64,000 nt of DNA from a virus. The translations under genes were made by a program, and so were the position numbers. Position 1 is the stretch's first letter; each line of letters starts with the position of its first letter. The stretch covers positions 10,795 to 74,794 of the IMG/VR virus record IMGVR_UViG_3300034170_000100, one strand, 5' to 3'. This document shows positions 1-8,702 of the stretch, one piece after another. The notes below the pieces were generated by a model that saw nothing but the letters and a program-made list of their open reading frames with translations, was not told where the DNA came from and ran no database searches.

Positions 1-312
1 CACTGGCCCACAATTGGGCTGCGGTTTGCGTTTATAGTGACGATCACCCTTACGTGGCAATGCATAAGGCATATTGATGATGTCAGCATAGCTATAGGGC
101 CTTAACTCCACCATATCAGGCAATGTCCACACATATTCGATGATTATGGGCCCAGTTACTGCCAGTTGTGCCATGATGCCTGCCGTGAAGTCTTTACCGT
201 TGGCACGGTCAACAGCAATCACACGGCACTCGTGCAGGCCAGGGGCCAGCTTAGGTGCTGCATCTGATTTGCCAATGCCCGCTTGAGCACCTAACACGTT
301 CACATCTTTCAT
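1..312 (-). CDS. hypothetical early protein (runs off the window edge)
   Basis: ATG at 312 (MKDVNVLGAQAGIGK...) with an upstream AGGAG Shine-Dalgarno; open to position 1. Confidence 0.6.
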   Translation of the reverse strand, partial: MKDVNVLGAQAGIGKSDAAPKLAPGLHECRVIAVDRANGKDFTAGIMAQLAVTGPIIIEYVWTLPDMVELRPYSYADIINMPYALPRKGDRHYKRKPQPNCGPV

Positions 313-324
313 GGATTTGCTCCT

Positions 325-361
325 AAAAATTATGGCCACCACCCCAATGGGATGATGGCCA
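325..361 (-). terminator. intrinsic terminator after the gp2-like gene
   Basis: minus strand GGCCATCATCCC-ATT-GGGGTGGTGGCC followed by ATAATTTTT. Confidence 0.65.
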
Positions 362-366
362 GAGGA

Positions 367-711
367 TTACACCAGATCCAGCATCGACTCTTCGTCGGTA
401 CGGGTCGCGTTGAAGCTGAAGGTCAGCTTGGAAGCAACGACACCGAGACGACGTGCTTTTTCAGCAGCCATACCTTCGACCGAAGCGGTCTTGGCAAAGT
501 CAGCATCGCACGCCTGGGACACCGAGAGGTACGCAGCCAGTTGCTCATGCTGCTTGTTGCCTTCGATGAAACGGATACCTTCCAGACGCACAGGTGCGCC
601 AGCTTTGGTCTCGATGTTCACGTTGAAGAACCCGAGGGTTTTCTTCGCGGTACGATCAGCAGCAGTGGAGGTAGCAGGGGCAGTACGGGATGCATTACGT
701 TCAACAGCCAT
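367..711 (-). CDS. N4 gp2-like ssDNA-binding activator of middle transcription
   Basis: low-complexity N-terminus, KTLGFFNVNIETKAGAPVRLEGI core and acidic/hydrophobic tail resemble N4-like gp2 as I recall it; early position downstream of a hairpin promoter. Confidence 0.6.
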   Translation of the reverse strand: MAVERNASRTAPATSTAADRTAKKTLGFFNVNIETKAGAPVRLEGIRFIEGNKQHEQLAAYLSVSQACDADFAKTASVEGMAAEKARRLGVVASKLTFSFNATRTDEESMLDLV

Positions 712-763
712 GGGAAATACTCCAGAATAACGGAAAAGATGAGGTTTATTGGCACAATTGCCT

Positions 764-1042
764 TTAAAGGGCCGAAGGCCGCTCTTGATTCACCAGCGCA
801 GTCAGCGCCTTCAATTCGAACTCAGGTAGCTTGAACAGGCCATTTTCAGGCCCGTCCATGAACAAAGTGTTACCGATGTACAGATGCCACTGATTGTTGC
901 CCAGTTTGAATTTACCGATGATTTCACCTGCTTTATGCAGATAGCCATCGCTATCGACACGATAAATAGGCTCACGCTCACCTAAAATGGTGTAACTGAA
1001 CGAATCATCGGTTAGATCGAGTTCTTGACGTAAACGGTGCAT
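764..1042 (-). CDS. hypothetical early protein
   Basis: ORF with AAGGAG SD. Confidence 0.75.
   Translation of the reverse strand: MHRLRQELDLTDDSFSYTILGEREPIYRVDSDGYLHKAGEIIGKFKLGNNQWHLYIGNTLFMDGPENGLFKLPEFELKALTALVNQERPSAL
770..780 (-). promoter_or_regulatory. virion RNAP hairpin promoter
   Basis: template (+) strand GGCC-GAA-GGCC, upstream of gene 367..711. Confidence 0.65.
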
Positions 1043-1051
1043 GATTGCTCC

Positions 1052-1312
1052 TTAATTGGGTACGGCCAGCTTCATACTGACAGTCATGCCCGACATAACT
1101 GCTGCATGATGCAGAATTTCGAAGGACATTTCGTCTTCTTTGAAGTTTGCGATCTTACAGATCGTAGGAATGCTTACATCGAAGATTTCAGACGCTGTCT
1201 TATAAAGCAGTGTATTTGCATTGATATGCGAGCGGATTTCACTCGCAATGATGTGTTTCATATCCTTCAGACACAGAGATGCGAAGGTTTCGAACTTGTT
1301 TGCAGTGGGCAT
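1052..1312 (-). CDS. XRE/HigA-like helix-turn-helix protein
   Basis: YKTASEIFDVSIPTICKIANF...MSFEIL pattern; GAGGT SD before ATG 1312. Confidence 0.6.
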   Translation of the reverse strand: MPTANKFETFASLCLKDMKHIIASEIRSHINANTLLYKTASEIFDVSIPTICKIANFKEDEMSFEILHHAAVMSGMTVSMKLAVPN

Positions 1313-1413
1313 AGACACCTCAGTTAGCTTACCGCCAAGGCCCAAAAGGGCCACATAGGCGTATGGTTTTCATCGCCGAATATGGCACTTTCTGTATTCT
1401 TGAAATATAGGTA

Positions 1414-1704
1414 TTAGAAGACGAACAATTCGACTTCGATACCTTGGGCACGCAGCTTGTTGTACTCACGTACAGCTACAGCCTCGGCTTCGCCAGGTGT
1501 ACCGCAACCGGACTCCTTGCGCACAGCGATCAGCGACAAGTCGGCAATCAGCACAGACTGAACAGCATCGTTTTGCAGCACAGCAGCAGCGCGAGTGCAG
1601 TCGGTCAGTGTCTTGGCGACACTATCCATTTCAGTGTGGGACACCGAACAGTTCATTGCACCAACAGCATTCATGACACAGGAGACAAAGTAAGCAGCGA
1701 GCAT
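1414..1704 (-). CDS. hypothetical early protein (Cys-containing, hydrophobic N-terminus)
   Basis: ORF with AGGA SD, tightly packed in operon. Confidence 0.7.
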   Translation of the reverse strand: MLAAYFVSCVMNAVGAMNCSVSHTEMDSVAKTLTDCTRAAAVLQNDAVQSVLIADLSLIAVRKESGCGTPGEAEAVAVREYNKLRAQGIEVELFVF

Positions 1705-1706
1705 GA

Positions 1707-2012
1707 TTATTTATCCTGGTTTATGATTGTGAATGTAATGCCAGCCTTCTTGTAGGCCAGTGTAATTCGATTGAGCACAGCATCACGATGTGCCACTGAT
1801 TCGAAGCAATTGTGCGAACCGGGGAACAGTTCGTCAGTATCCAAGCGCTTCATCAAATCGGCCGCAGCTTTAAAGCGAATGCGGTCCAACTTGCCATAGC
1901 AGATGGGCTGACTGATCTGGTGATACTTATCTTGCGTGACGATGTCACACACTGCGTTGGTGCCTTCTTTATTCAGGGCACAGACAACAACCATAGTTGC
2001 AAACAGTGGCAT
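1707..2012 (-). CDS. hypothetical early protein
   Basis: ORF with AGGAG SD. Confidence 0.7.
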   Translation of the reverse strand: MPLFATMVVVCALNKEGTNAVCDIVTQDKYHQISQPICYGKLDRIRFKAAADLMKRLDTDELFPGSHNCFESVAHRDAVLNRITLAYKKAGITFTIINQDK

Positions 2013-2014
2013 GA

Positions 2015-2140
2015 TTAAGCTCCTATGGCTTGGGCATCAAGATACCCGTCTTGCCAGTCTTGATCTTGAGTGTGGTCGAACTCTTCGTCGTCCATGAATG
2101 CTTCATAGCCGGCGTTGTAGTTGTTCATGTTGGAAGGCAT
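2015..2140 (-). CDS. 41-aa acidic peptide (MPSNMNNYNAGYEAFMDDEEFDHTQDQDWQDGYLDAQAIGA)
   Basis: below the ORF-track cutoff; AAGGA SD; fills the gap between neighbours exactly. Confidence 0.65.
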   Translation of the reverse strand: MPSNMNNYNAGYEAFMDDEEFDHTQDQDWQDGYLDAQAIGA

Positions 2141-2152
2141 AGGAATATTCCT

Positions 2153-2377
2153 TTAAGGTTTATTAAGCAGAGCAGCCTCTATGTGATCAGTAAGTTGATC
2201 ACGCAGGCGTTGGCAATCTTCAATATCCAGCAGCACCGACACTTTAGGTGCATTGGCATACTCGGAACTACACACGATAGCAAATGTGTCTTCCAGCCCA
2301 GCACCCTGCACACTGGTGTAAGCAACCAGTACATCAGCAGCAGCCGATGCACATTTATACGATTGACCTTTATCCAC
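2153..2377 (-). CDS. hypothetical early protein
   Basis: GTG start with GGGGA SD. Confidence 0.65.
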   Translation of the reverse strand: MDKGQSYKCASAAADVLVAYTSVQGAGLEDTFAIVCSSEYANAPKVSVLLDIEDCQRLRDQLTDHIEAALLNKP

Positions 2378-2380
2378 GGG

Positions 2381-2710
2381 TTATTCCCCTTTGGCTTTGA
2401 GTTTCATGCAGAGCATGGCCCAGAATTGAACACGAATATCGTTCTTGCGGCGTTTGTACGTGGAGCACGCTTGGCGGAACCCTTTCACGTCATTCGCCCA
2501 CAAGTGGGAGTACAGCGTGCAGCTGCCGTTGATAGCCTCGTCAATTGTTTGACGGGCAGCGTGACATTCCAGATGGGCGATAACACCCTCTATGCGCATA
2601 CATTCAAGCATGCGGCACAAGAACATCTCACCGTCATTGCCACGCAAGTAGCGTGGATCATTTACCGCGAGGGCAATTACATCACTAGTTTTGCGTTGTT
2701 GCTTAGTCAT
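2381..2710 (-). CDS. hypothetical early protein
   Basis: ATG 2710 with GGAG SD. Confidence 0.7.
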   Translation of the reverse strand: MTKQQRKTSDVIALAVNDPRYLRGNDGEMFLCRMLECMRIEGVIAHLECHAARQTIDEAINGSCTLYSHLWANDVKGFRQACSTYKRRKNDIRVQFWAMLCMKLKAKGE

Positions 2711-2876
2711 GACACTTCTCCGCGGCATTCTGTTTAATCATTTCAATAGCATGGGGTTCAGGAACCTCAAAGCCGTTCTCAAAACAGAATCGGTTGATCT
2801 GTTCTGGTGTCATGTTCTTGATCATTTCATTGTGTAAACGACGATCTAGTTCAACAGCCAGTTGATACGCATCCAT
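2703..2876 (-). CDS. hypothetical early protein
   Basis: ATG 2876 with AGGAG SD. Confidence 0.65.
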   Translation of the reverse strand: MDAYQLAVELDRRLHNEMIKNMTPEQINRFCFENGFEVPEPHAIEMIKQNAAEKCHD

Positions 2877-2892
2877 GGATATAGCTCCTATA

Positions 2893-3135
2893 TTAGAGGC
2901 GAGAGCACAGCACACAGTCACAATTGACAATGTGTGCAAACATACGAGGCTTCGTGACAGTTACTTCACACTCACGATGATCATCATGAATGGCAGCAAC
3001 AATGTCAGGTACAGCAATACGACGCATACGCTTAGTACTCAATTGCTTGAGCACACGACGCTCAGTTGCAGTGTTGTACTTACAAATAGGATGTGTAGCA
3101 TCAGCACGAGACAAGCTAGATACATTGCATTGCAT
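2893..3135 (-). CDS. hypothetical early protein (Cys/His-rich)
   Basis: AGGAG SD; just downstream of hairpin promoter 3174. Confidence 0.6.
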   Translation of the reverse strand: MQCNVSSLSRADATHPICKYNTATERRVLKQLSTKRMRRIAVPDIVAAIHDDHRECEVTVTKPRMFAHIVNCDCVLCSRL

Positions 3136-3173
3136 GGATATAACTCCTGTAGTTGTGGCAATTGCCTACTTCA

Positions 3174-3186
3174 TCCCCGAAGGGGA
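3174..3186 (-). promoter_or_regulatory. virion RNAP hairpin promoter
   Basis: template strand TCCCC-GAA-GGGGA; shares the adjacent CAATTGCCT with the 770 site. Confidence 0.7.
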
Positions 3187-3187
3187 A

Positions 3188-3439
3188 CTATGTAAGCATT
3201 ATTGCAAGTTTGATCAGATCGGGTACATCAGCATAATCTATGCGAGTGTCCCCTTCGTGTTCAAATACAGGAAGCAGTACATACCAACCTTCAACGAGAT
3301 ATTGGATAGCCCCTGGCCAATAGTAGGCTATACCACGATATTCAATAAGCAAATACGCTATTTGATGCGCAGTTGGCACACCATTGGGGAATGGGAGTAC
3401 AGAACCGTCAGCCAATAGCATGTATTCATACATATTCAT
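3188..3439 (-). CDS. early protein, paralog of 3443..3670
   Basis: shared EYMLLxDGSV, GIAYYW and IKLAxML motifs. Confidence 0.8.
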   Translation of the reverse strand: MNMYEYMLLADGSVLPFPNGVPTAHQIAYLLIEYRGIAYYWPGAIQYLVEGWYVLLPVFEHEGDTRIDYADVPDLIKLAIMLT

Positions 3440-3442
3440 ACC

Positions 3443-3670
3443 TTACTCCAGCATGGCTGCAAGTTTGATTACAACAGGCAGTTCATCATAGGTTATTTGC
3501 TTGTTACTCACTTTTGGCGATGTATTAGTAATGCAATTCCAGTTAAAGGTATGGTTGTGCCAGTAATAAGCAATACCATCATAATCAGCCATAGCACCCA
3601 TAACATCTTCATGCATGGCCAGATTGTCGAAGGGTTTTACAGACCCGTCACGAAGCAGCATGTATTCCAT
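3443..3670 (-). CDS. early protein, paralog of 3188..3439
   Basis: ATG 3670 with GAGG SD; same motifs as its neighbour. Confidence 0.8.
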   Translation of the reverse strand: MEYMLLRDGSVKPFDNLAMHEDVMGAMADYDGIAYYWHNHTFNWNCITNTSPKVSNKQITYDELPVVIKLAAMLE

Positions 3671-3699
3671 AATTAGACCTCGATTGATACCGCGACAGA

Positions 3700-3708
3700 C
3701 CCGAAGGG
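3700..3708 (-). promoter_or_regulatory. possible weak virion RNAP hairpin promoter
   Basis: CCC-GAA-GGG (3-bp stem) 30 nt upstream of ATG 3670. Confidence 0.4.
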
Positions 3709-4004
3709 ATACGGATACACCACAGGTGTGTATAGGAATGATGAATGGTGTTGATAGGATACAGGAAAGGGGAAACCTGCATGTTGATGCCAAGCACATC
3801 ACAACTTGATCACTGTTTCACTCCAATTCCCTCTACCCCACTCACATATATACATCGATGAGTGGTAATACTGCCTAATGCCACGCTTCGCGGGCTAGCT
3901 GAAGGGAAAGGGGAAGAAAGGGTGTCTTCCTAACCTACTGTCTCAAAGGCTGGCGCTCTTGACGTGGATGTGTGCTCTTGTTGTGTGATGTTGTGTGTGC
4001 TTTT

Positions 4005-4048
4005 AAAAAAGAACTGATACCCAGCCCTATTTAGGGTTTGAGTACCAG
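4005..4048 (-). terminator. intrinsic terminator
   Basis: minus strand CTGGTACTCAAACCCT-AAAT-AGGGCTGGGTATCAG then TTCTTTTTT. Confidence 0.75.
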
Positions 4049-4156
4049 AGTGCTACGACCAGCAGTACAGTGATGGCAAAGCATGTGATAGCGAGTGATG
4101 TTTCGAATGTCATGGTGTGTCACCTGAATGGAGGCCCGAAGGCCCCCGATGGAGAG

Positions 4157-4453
4157 TTAAGCAGCTTGAGTGTTCTTGGCTTCAGCGTGGAGCAGACGGA
4201 GTTTGGACTCAGCGTCAGATGCAGCGAGCTGGGATTCGACAGCACGGATGCGGGAAGCAATGTCATACTTGCCACGGAGAGCGTCGAGTTTCTCGTTACG
4301 CTCAAGAGCAGAGATTTCATTGAAGCCTTCGGCAGCACCTTCGACGTAGGACGCCGTATGTACAGCAGCATTGGACAGCTTGGTGCCAGCAGTGAACAGG
4401 TTGGTCAGCATCAGGGCGAACTGGGCAACCATTGCGAAGATTTGCTTGAACAT
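4157..4453 (-). CDS. first early gene (N4 gp1 position), helical protein
   Basis: AGGAG SD; first ORF downstream of the outermost hairpin promoters. Confidence 0.75.
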   Translation of the reverse strand: MFKQIFAMVAQFALMLTNLFTAGTKLSNAAVHTASYVEGAAEGFNEISALERNEKLDALRGKYDIASRIRAVESQLAASDAESKLRLLHAEAKNTQAA

Positions 4454-4513
4454 GGGTGTATCTCCTAGCTAGGGATAAGAAAGTAGTGAACACCGTTATG
4501 GTATCCACCACAT

Positions 4514-4524
4514 AGCCGAAGGCT
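4514..4524 (-). promoter_or_regulatory. virion RNAP hairpin promoter
   Basis: template strand AGCC-GAA-GGCT; N4 spacing places +1 at C4508. Confidence 0.65.
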
Positions 4525-4653
4525 TAGTTGTTACGACACAGTTGGTAAGTCATGCGTGATACGTCTGCTACGTACAGGGATACGATGGCAATGCATACAA
4601 GTTCGACGAACATAGTGTGTACTCATGAGTAGGAGCAGGATTACTCCGTTACA

Positions 4654-4666
4654 GGGCCGAAGGCCC
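4654..4666 (-). promoter_or_regulatory. virion RNAP hairpin promoter (outermost)
   Basis: template strand GGGCC-GAA-GGCCC. Confidence 0.7.
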
Positions 4667-4844
4667 GTACAGACACAGTAGCGTAGCCATTGAGGAAAAT
4701 GGAAAGCAAGTGAACCCCGGGGGGGTGGTCGGCTTTGGCTGTGGCCACTACATATGTCCTGCATTGACCAGTCTATGAAAATTTCCCACCCACTGCGACG
4801 AACGGTATATCATCCCCTATATTCTATCGACGGACGGCTTTCTC

Positions 4845-5141
4845 ATGGCGGATAAGTACAAGCAGGCAGACAAGCCCTATTCCTACATCGCGGCAAGACT
4901 CGGCGGTACGTTCGACCCTTTACCTTATTGGTTTCGCCTTTTGGCAAATACCGGTATGCTAAGGTTCGATTCAGAGTTCAATGTGGAGGTTCAGCTCATT
5001 ACCGGTGCCTGGGATCAGGTGAAGGAAGGTGACTGGGTCGTCGTGCAGCGGGCGGAAGTGAATGGGCCAATCGGCTACGAGCGGGCCAACATCTGGCATG
5101 TTGAGCACGAAGACTTCATAAAAGGGTGGGAGCGAGTATGA
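4845..5141 (+). CDS. hypothetical protein
   Basis: first rightward ORF; GDWVVV...F.KGWE motif typical of a small phage beta-barrel family. Confidence 0.7.
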   Translation: MADKYKQADKPYSYIAARLGGTFDPLPYWFRLLANTGMLRFDSEFNVEVQLITGAWDQVKEGDWVVVQRAEVNGPIGYERANIWHVEHEDFIKGWERV

Positions 5142-5404
5142 ATACTGGAAATGTGGTAGATGCAACACGTTATGATCCTTACGGGGAAATGGGCCATGTA
5201 AAGGCTCTGCCTATCGCAGAAGCTGTTGAAGCCTATGTAAAAGCTGTTGAGTACTCAGGCAATGTGGGCCGGGTCACTGGTTATCCAGGTGGCACATTGG
5301 CCTGGGACTTAGAAGTCCATCACCGTACAAAGCTGGTTGAGGATGCTGCGTACTGCGTACTTCTCTCCGGTTTTGCTGCTCGTACAGAGGGGAAGGTAGA
5401 ATGA
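5138..5404 (+). CDS. hypothetical protein
   Basis: ATGA overlap with upstream ORF; GGGAG SD. Confidence 0.7.
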   Translation: MNTGNVVDATRYDPYGEMGHVKALPIAEAVEAYVKAVEYSGNVGRVTGYPGGTLAWDLEVHHRTKLVEDAAYCVLLSGFAARTEGKVE

Positions 5405-5649
5405 ACACACAAGATCCGTACAACGAGTTTGCTGACATATTGCCGCTGACTGTGGCAGATGCTGCCAAAGTACTGCGCATTATGACTGCGGAGTTCGCAT
5501 TGGCACAGGAGAAAGTGGCAGAGGCTCAGCGTATGCTGGCTTTTGTCACCACACAACAGGCCCGTGCGGAGTATGCAGTAAAGCGTGCTGAGCATTGCCT
5601 GAAGATCTCTGCCCTGGCAGATCTGAAAGATAGTGGCGGTGCCGCATGA
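5401..5649 (+). CDS. hypothetical coiled-coil protein
   Basis: ATGA overlaps on both sides. Confidence 0.7.
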   Translation: MNTQDPYNEFADILPLTVADAAKVLRIMTAEFALAQEKVAEAQRMLAFVTTQQARAEYAVKRAEHCLKISALADLKDSGGAA

Positions 5650-6338
5650 GTACCGAGGTAATGAGCCCGGATGACTTCAAACTGGCGTTACCTGTGCAGT
5701 TCCGCGGCAATGTGACGCAAGAGGTCATGGATGGGGTCAATGCGCTGTTGGCTGACCCTAACTTGGCGGAAGCGTACCGTGAGCGCATGATCGGGCACAC
5801 GTCTGTCTTGCGGGAAGGGAAGTTCAAGCTGGAGAGCTATCTGGCTGCTGTGAAGTTCGTTACGCAGAAGATGATGAACAAGAGCGACATTGATGCGTAT
5901 ATCGGTACGTTCCCAGCGAAGTACCAGGACTTTGTCGCCCGGGGCGTAAGCCAGAAGGATATCAGCAGCTACGTGAGTGCGTTCAAGAAGTCGAAGCTCG
6001 TGACGAAGATCATGGAGCAGGCTTTGATCCCGGCGTGGGTCGGCAATGCTGACATGTATCAGCAGGCGCTCAATGCACAGTTTGACCTGGGCATGAATGC
6101 TGCCAGCGAGAAGGTGCGCGTGGAGGCACTCAACAGCGTGCTGGTGCAACTCAAGCAGCCGGAGAAGACCAAGATCACCCTGGACGTTTCCGAGGAAGTG
6201 GGCGACACCATGGCGGCTGTGCGCAAGCAGATGCAGGATCTGGCTGACCAGCAGCGGTTGCATATCCAAGGAGGCTTTGCCAATGCCAAGGATGTGGCGG
6301 CGCAGCGCTTGCCGTTTGAGATTGAGGCCCCCCAATGA
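5646..6338 (+). CDS. terS: terminase small subunit (N4 gp69-like)
   Basis: immediately upstream of and overlapping TerL; YLAAVKFV...YVSAFKKSKLV and SEKVR motifs of N4-like gp69. Confidence 0.8.
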   Translation: MSTEVMSPDDFKLALPVQFRGNVTQEVMDGVNALLADPNLAEAYRERMIGHTSVLREGKFKLESYLAAVKFVTQKMMNKSDIDAYIGTFPAKYQDFVARGVSQKDISSYVSAFKKSKLVTKIMEQALIPAWVGNADMYQQALNAQFDLGMNAASEKVRVEALNSVLVQLKQPEKTKITLDVSEEVGDTMAAVRKQMQDLADQQRLHIQGGFANAKDVAAQRLPFEIEAPQ

Positions 6339-7996
6339 CAGCCGTTGTTGAAGTTCCTGTCGATGAAGTGCAACGTTCGGTGGATAGCTGGTTGGATAAT
6401 GTCGATTACAGCATCGACCCTCGTTATGTGCCCAGTCAGTTCGCTTTGGAGTTCGTCACCTTCATTAAGCTGGTGAATGGCGGGCAAGGCGAGGAAAACG
6501 AAACACCTGTGCTCCACTTGAAGATGTTGGACAATATTGACGACATCGAGTACGACGATAAAGGCGAGCTGAACAAGTTCCCTCGCTTGGCAAACATGGT
6601 GTTCCGGGGTGCGGCAAAGACCACACTGATGGGGGAATATCTGTTCCTGTACATCGGAATGTACGGTGGCCTGCCCAACTTCGGCCGAATTGAGCTGGCT
6701 CTGTACGTCTCGGACTCCATGGAGAACGGCGTGAAGAACATGCGCAAGAACTTGGAGTTCCGCTACGAAGAGAGCGACTTCTTGCAGAAGTACATGCCGA
6801 AGAAGTCGCCTGACTGTCCTAATGGCACCGAGTTCACGGATATGCGCTGGAAGTTCCGTAACCTAGACGGGAACATCTTTATCGTCAAAGGTTACGGCGC
6901 CAAGACCGGTGTCCGGGGTTCCAAGGAAATGGGTAAGCGGCCACGCCTGGCAGTGCTCGATGACTTGCTATCTGATGATGATGCACGTTCTCCGACGGTA
7001 ATTGCCGCGGTTGAGGACACAATCTACAAGGCGGTCGACCACGCACTGCATCCTGAGCGCAACATGATCATTTGGTCGGGCACACCCTTCAACGCGAAAG
7101 ATCCGCTATACAAAGCGGTCGAGTCGGGGGCTTGGCGGGTCAACGTGTACCCTGTGTGCAACCAGTTCCCTTGTGCAGAGGAAGACTTCTGCGGTGCGTG
7201 GGCTGACCGTTTCACCTTCAGCTTTGTAAAAAAGAAGTACGAGACTGCGGTAAAGGTAGGCAAAGTCGACACATTCAACCAGGAACTGATGCTTCGCATC
7301 ATGTCCGAGGAGGATCGGCTGATTCAAGACGGGGAAGTAGGCTGGTACAAGCACAAGAACGTGCTGGACTTCAAATCCAACTTCAACTTCTACATTACGA
7401 CGGACTTCGCCACATCCGAGAAGCAATCGGCGGACTTCAGCGTGATCAGCGTGTGGGCGTATAACTACAACGGTGACTGGTATTGGGTGGACGGCATCTG
7501 CAAACGGCAGGACATGTCGGCCAACATCAGTGATCTTTTCACTATGGTTTCGCGTTGGCGCCCTCTTGGTGTGGGTGTGGAGGTCTCTGGTCAACAATCT
7601 GGTTTTATTCCTTGGATTCAGGACCAGATGATGCAGAAGAACATCTATTTCAACCTGACCAGTGAGGGGAACAGCAGTAAGCCGGGTATTCGTCCGAACA
7701 CGAACAAGATGGTCCGGTTTAACACCGTGATCCCCTTGTTCAAGCTGCACAAGATCTACTTCCCTCTTGAGCACAAGATGGGGTCGATCATGATGGAAAT
7801 GATGAACGAGATCAGTCTTGCCTCTAGTTCAGGGTTCCGGTCGAAGAAAGACGACTTCATCGACACCATCTCGATGCTCTCGGTGATGAAACCAATTGCC
7901 CCGACTGCCCAGGAGATTGATCATCGCACGGGCGGTGGAATGTGGGATGATGACGACGTATCCACAGCAAGCCCGCTTTCCAATTACTTAGTGTGA
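6335..7996 (+). CDS. terL: terminase large subunit (N4 gp68-like)
   Basis: Walker A FRGAAKTT, Walker B LAVLDD, coupling motif SGTP, nuclease TTDFA...ADFS...DDFID. Confidence 0.95.
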   Translation: MTAVVEVPVDEVQRSVDSWLDNVDYSIDPRYVPSQFALEFVTFIKLVNGGQGEENETPVLHLKMLDNIDDIEYDDKGELNKFPRLANMVFRGAAKTTLMGEYLFLYIGMYGGLPNFGRIELALYVSDSMENGVKNMRKNLEFRYEESDFLQKYMPKKSPDCPNGTEFTDMRWKFRNLDGNIFIVKGYGAKTGVRGSKEMGKRPRLAVLDDLLSDDDARSPTVIAAVEDTIYKAVDHALHPERNMIIWSGTPFNAKDPLYKAVESGAWRVNVYPVCNQFPCAEEDFCGAWADRFTFSFVKKKYETAVKVGKVDTFNQELMLRIMSEEDRLIQDGEVGWYKHKNVLDFKSNFNFYITTDFATSEKQSADFSVISVWAYNYNGDWYWVDGICKRQDMSANISDLFTMVSRWRPLGVGVEVSGQQSGFIPWIQDQMMQKNIYFNLTSEGNSSKPGIRPNTNKMVRFNTVIPLFKLHKIYFPLEHKMGSIMMEMMNEISLASSSGFRSKKDDFIDTISMLSVMKPIAPTAQEIDHRTGGGMWDDDDVSTASPLSNYLV

Positions 7997-8003
7997 GGCA
8001 AAA

Positions 8004-8669
8004 ATGAAACTCTCGACCATCTTCAGTCAGATGGAAACAACTGAGCTGAATCAACTGAGCTGCATCGATAAGGTCACGAAGAAGATCAGCCCGGACAAAT
8101 ACCAGGCAATCGTCGACGTAATGAACCAGGGTCTTGTTGACTTGAACACTCGCTTCAAATTCCAAATCGGCAAGGTCGAGGTACCGATCGATCCTGCTAT
8201 TGGCGAGTATGACCTGAGCAAGTTTGACGCCCAGGTACGCGGACGCTTCATGCAACTGCATGATGTGAAGGATGAGTGTGGTAACACGATCCCGGTGAAC
8301 ACCTTCACCGACCGTGGGGTTAACTTCCGCTCGGCCCTGATCATGGAAGTGCCGGCCTACTTGCGGCAGGTGCACCCGATGCGGGTTGTGACAGTGCAGT
8401 ATCGCTCACTGCCTAAGAAAATTGGGGACTGCTACGGTGACATCGACCCGGAGATGATCGACGTTGATTTGCCGGTGATGTACGTTTGGGCATTGTGCCT
8501 CTATGTTGCGAGCCGGCTGCACACCCCAGTGGGTTTAACGGACGGAACCTACCGAACCAACGCATTCCTGGGGTTGTACAACGCAGAGTGCAACCGCCTG
8601 GAGGAAGGTGGCTTTGACCTGGACTATCAACAGGACATGGGCCATCACCGTCGAGGCGGCTGGGCATAA
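8004..8669 (+). CDS. head-tail adaptor (N4 gp67-like)
   Basis: synteny after TerL; ALCLYVASR motif and C-terminal GW. Confidence 0.75.
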   Translation: MKLSTIFSQMETTELNQLSCIDKVTKKISPDKYQAIVDVMNQGLVDLNTRFKFQIGKVEVPIDPAIGEYDLSKFDAQVRGRFMQLHDVKDECGNTIPVNTFTDRGVNFRSALIMEVPAYLRQVHPMRVVTVQYRSLPKKIGDCYGDIDPEMIDVDLPVMYVWALCLYVASRLHTPVGLTDGTYRTNAFLGLYNAECNRLEEGGFDLDYQQDMGHHRRGGWA

Positions 8670-8674
8670 CGAAG

Positions 8675-8702
8675 AAGGGGACCGTTTGGTCCCCTTTCTT
8701 TT
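8675..8702 (+). terminator. intrinsic terminator, probably bidirectional
   Basis: AAGGGGACC-GTTT-GGTCCCCTT then TCTTTT between convergent genes. Confidence 0.75.

Noticed and set aside
4131-4147. Additional vRNAP promoter (contains CCGAAGG)
   Set aside because: Only a 2-bp triloop stem on the template strand. It folds better as a minus-strand RNA hairpin GGGGGCC-UUCG-GGCCUCC just after the 4157 stop.
4531-4764. 77-aa ORF near the putative genome end
   Set aside because: No SD, and it spans a promoter hairpin and the C/G tract; probably spurious.
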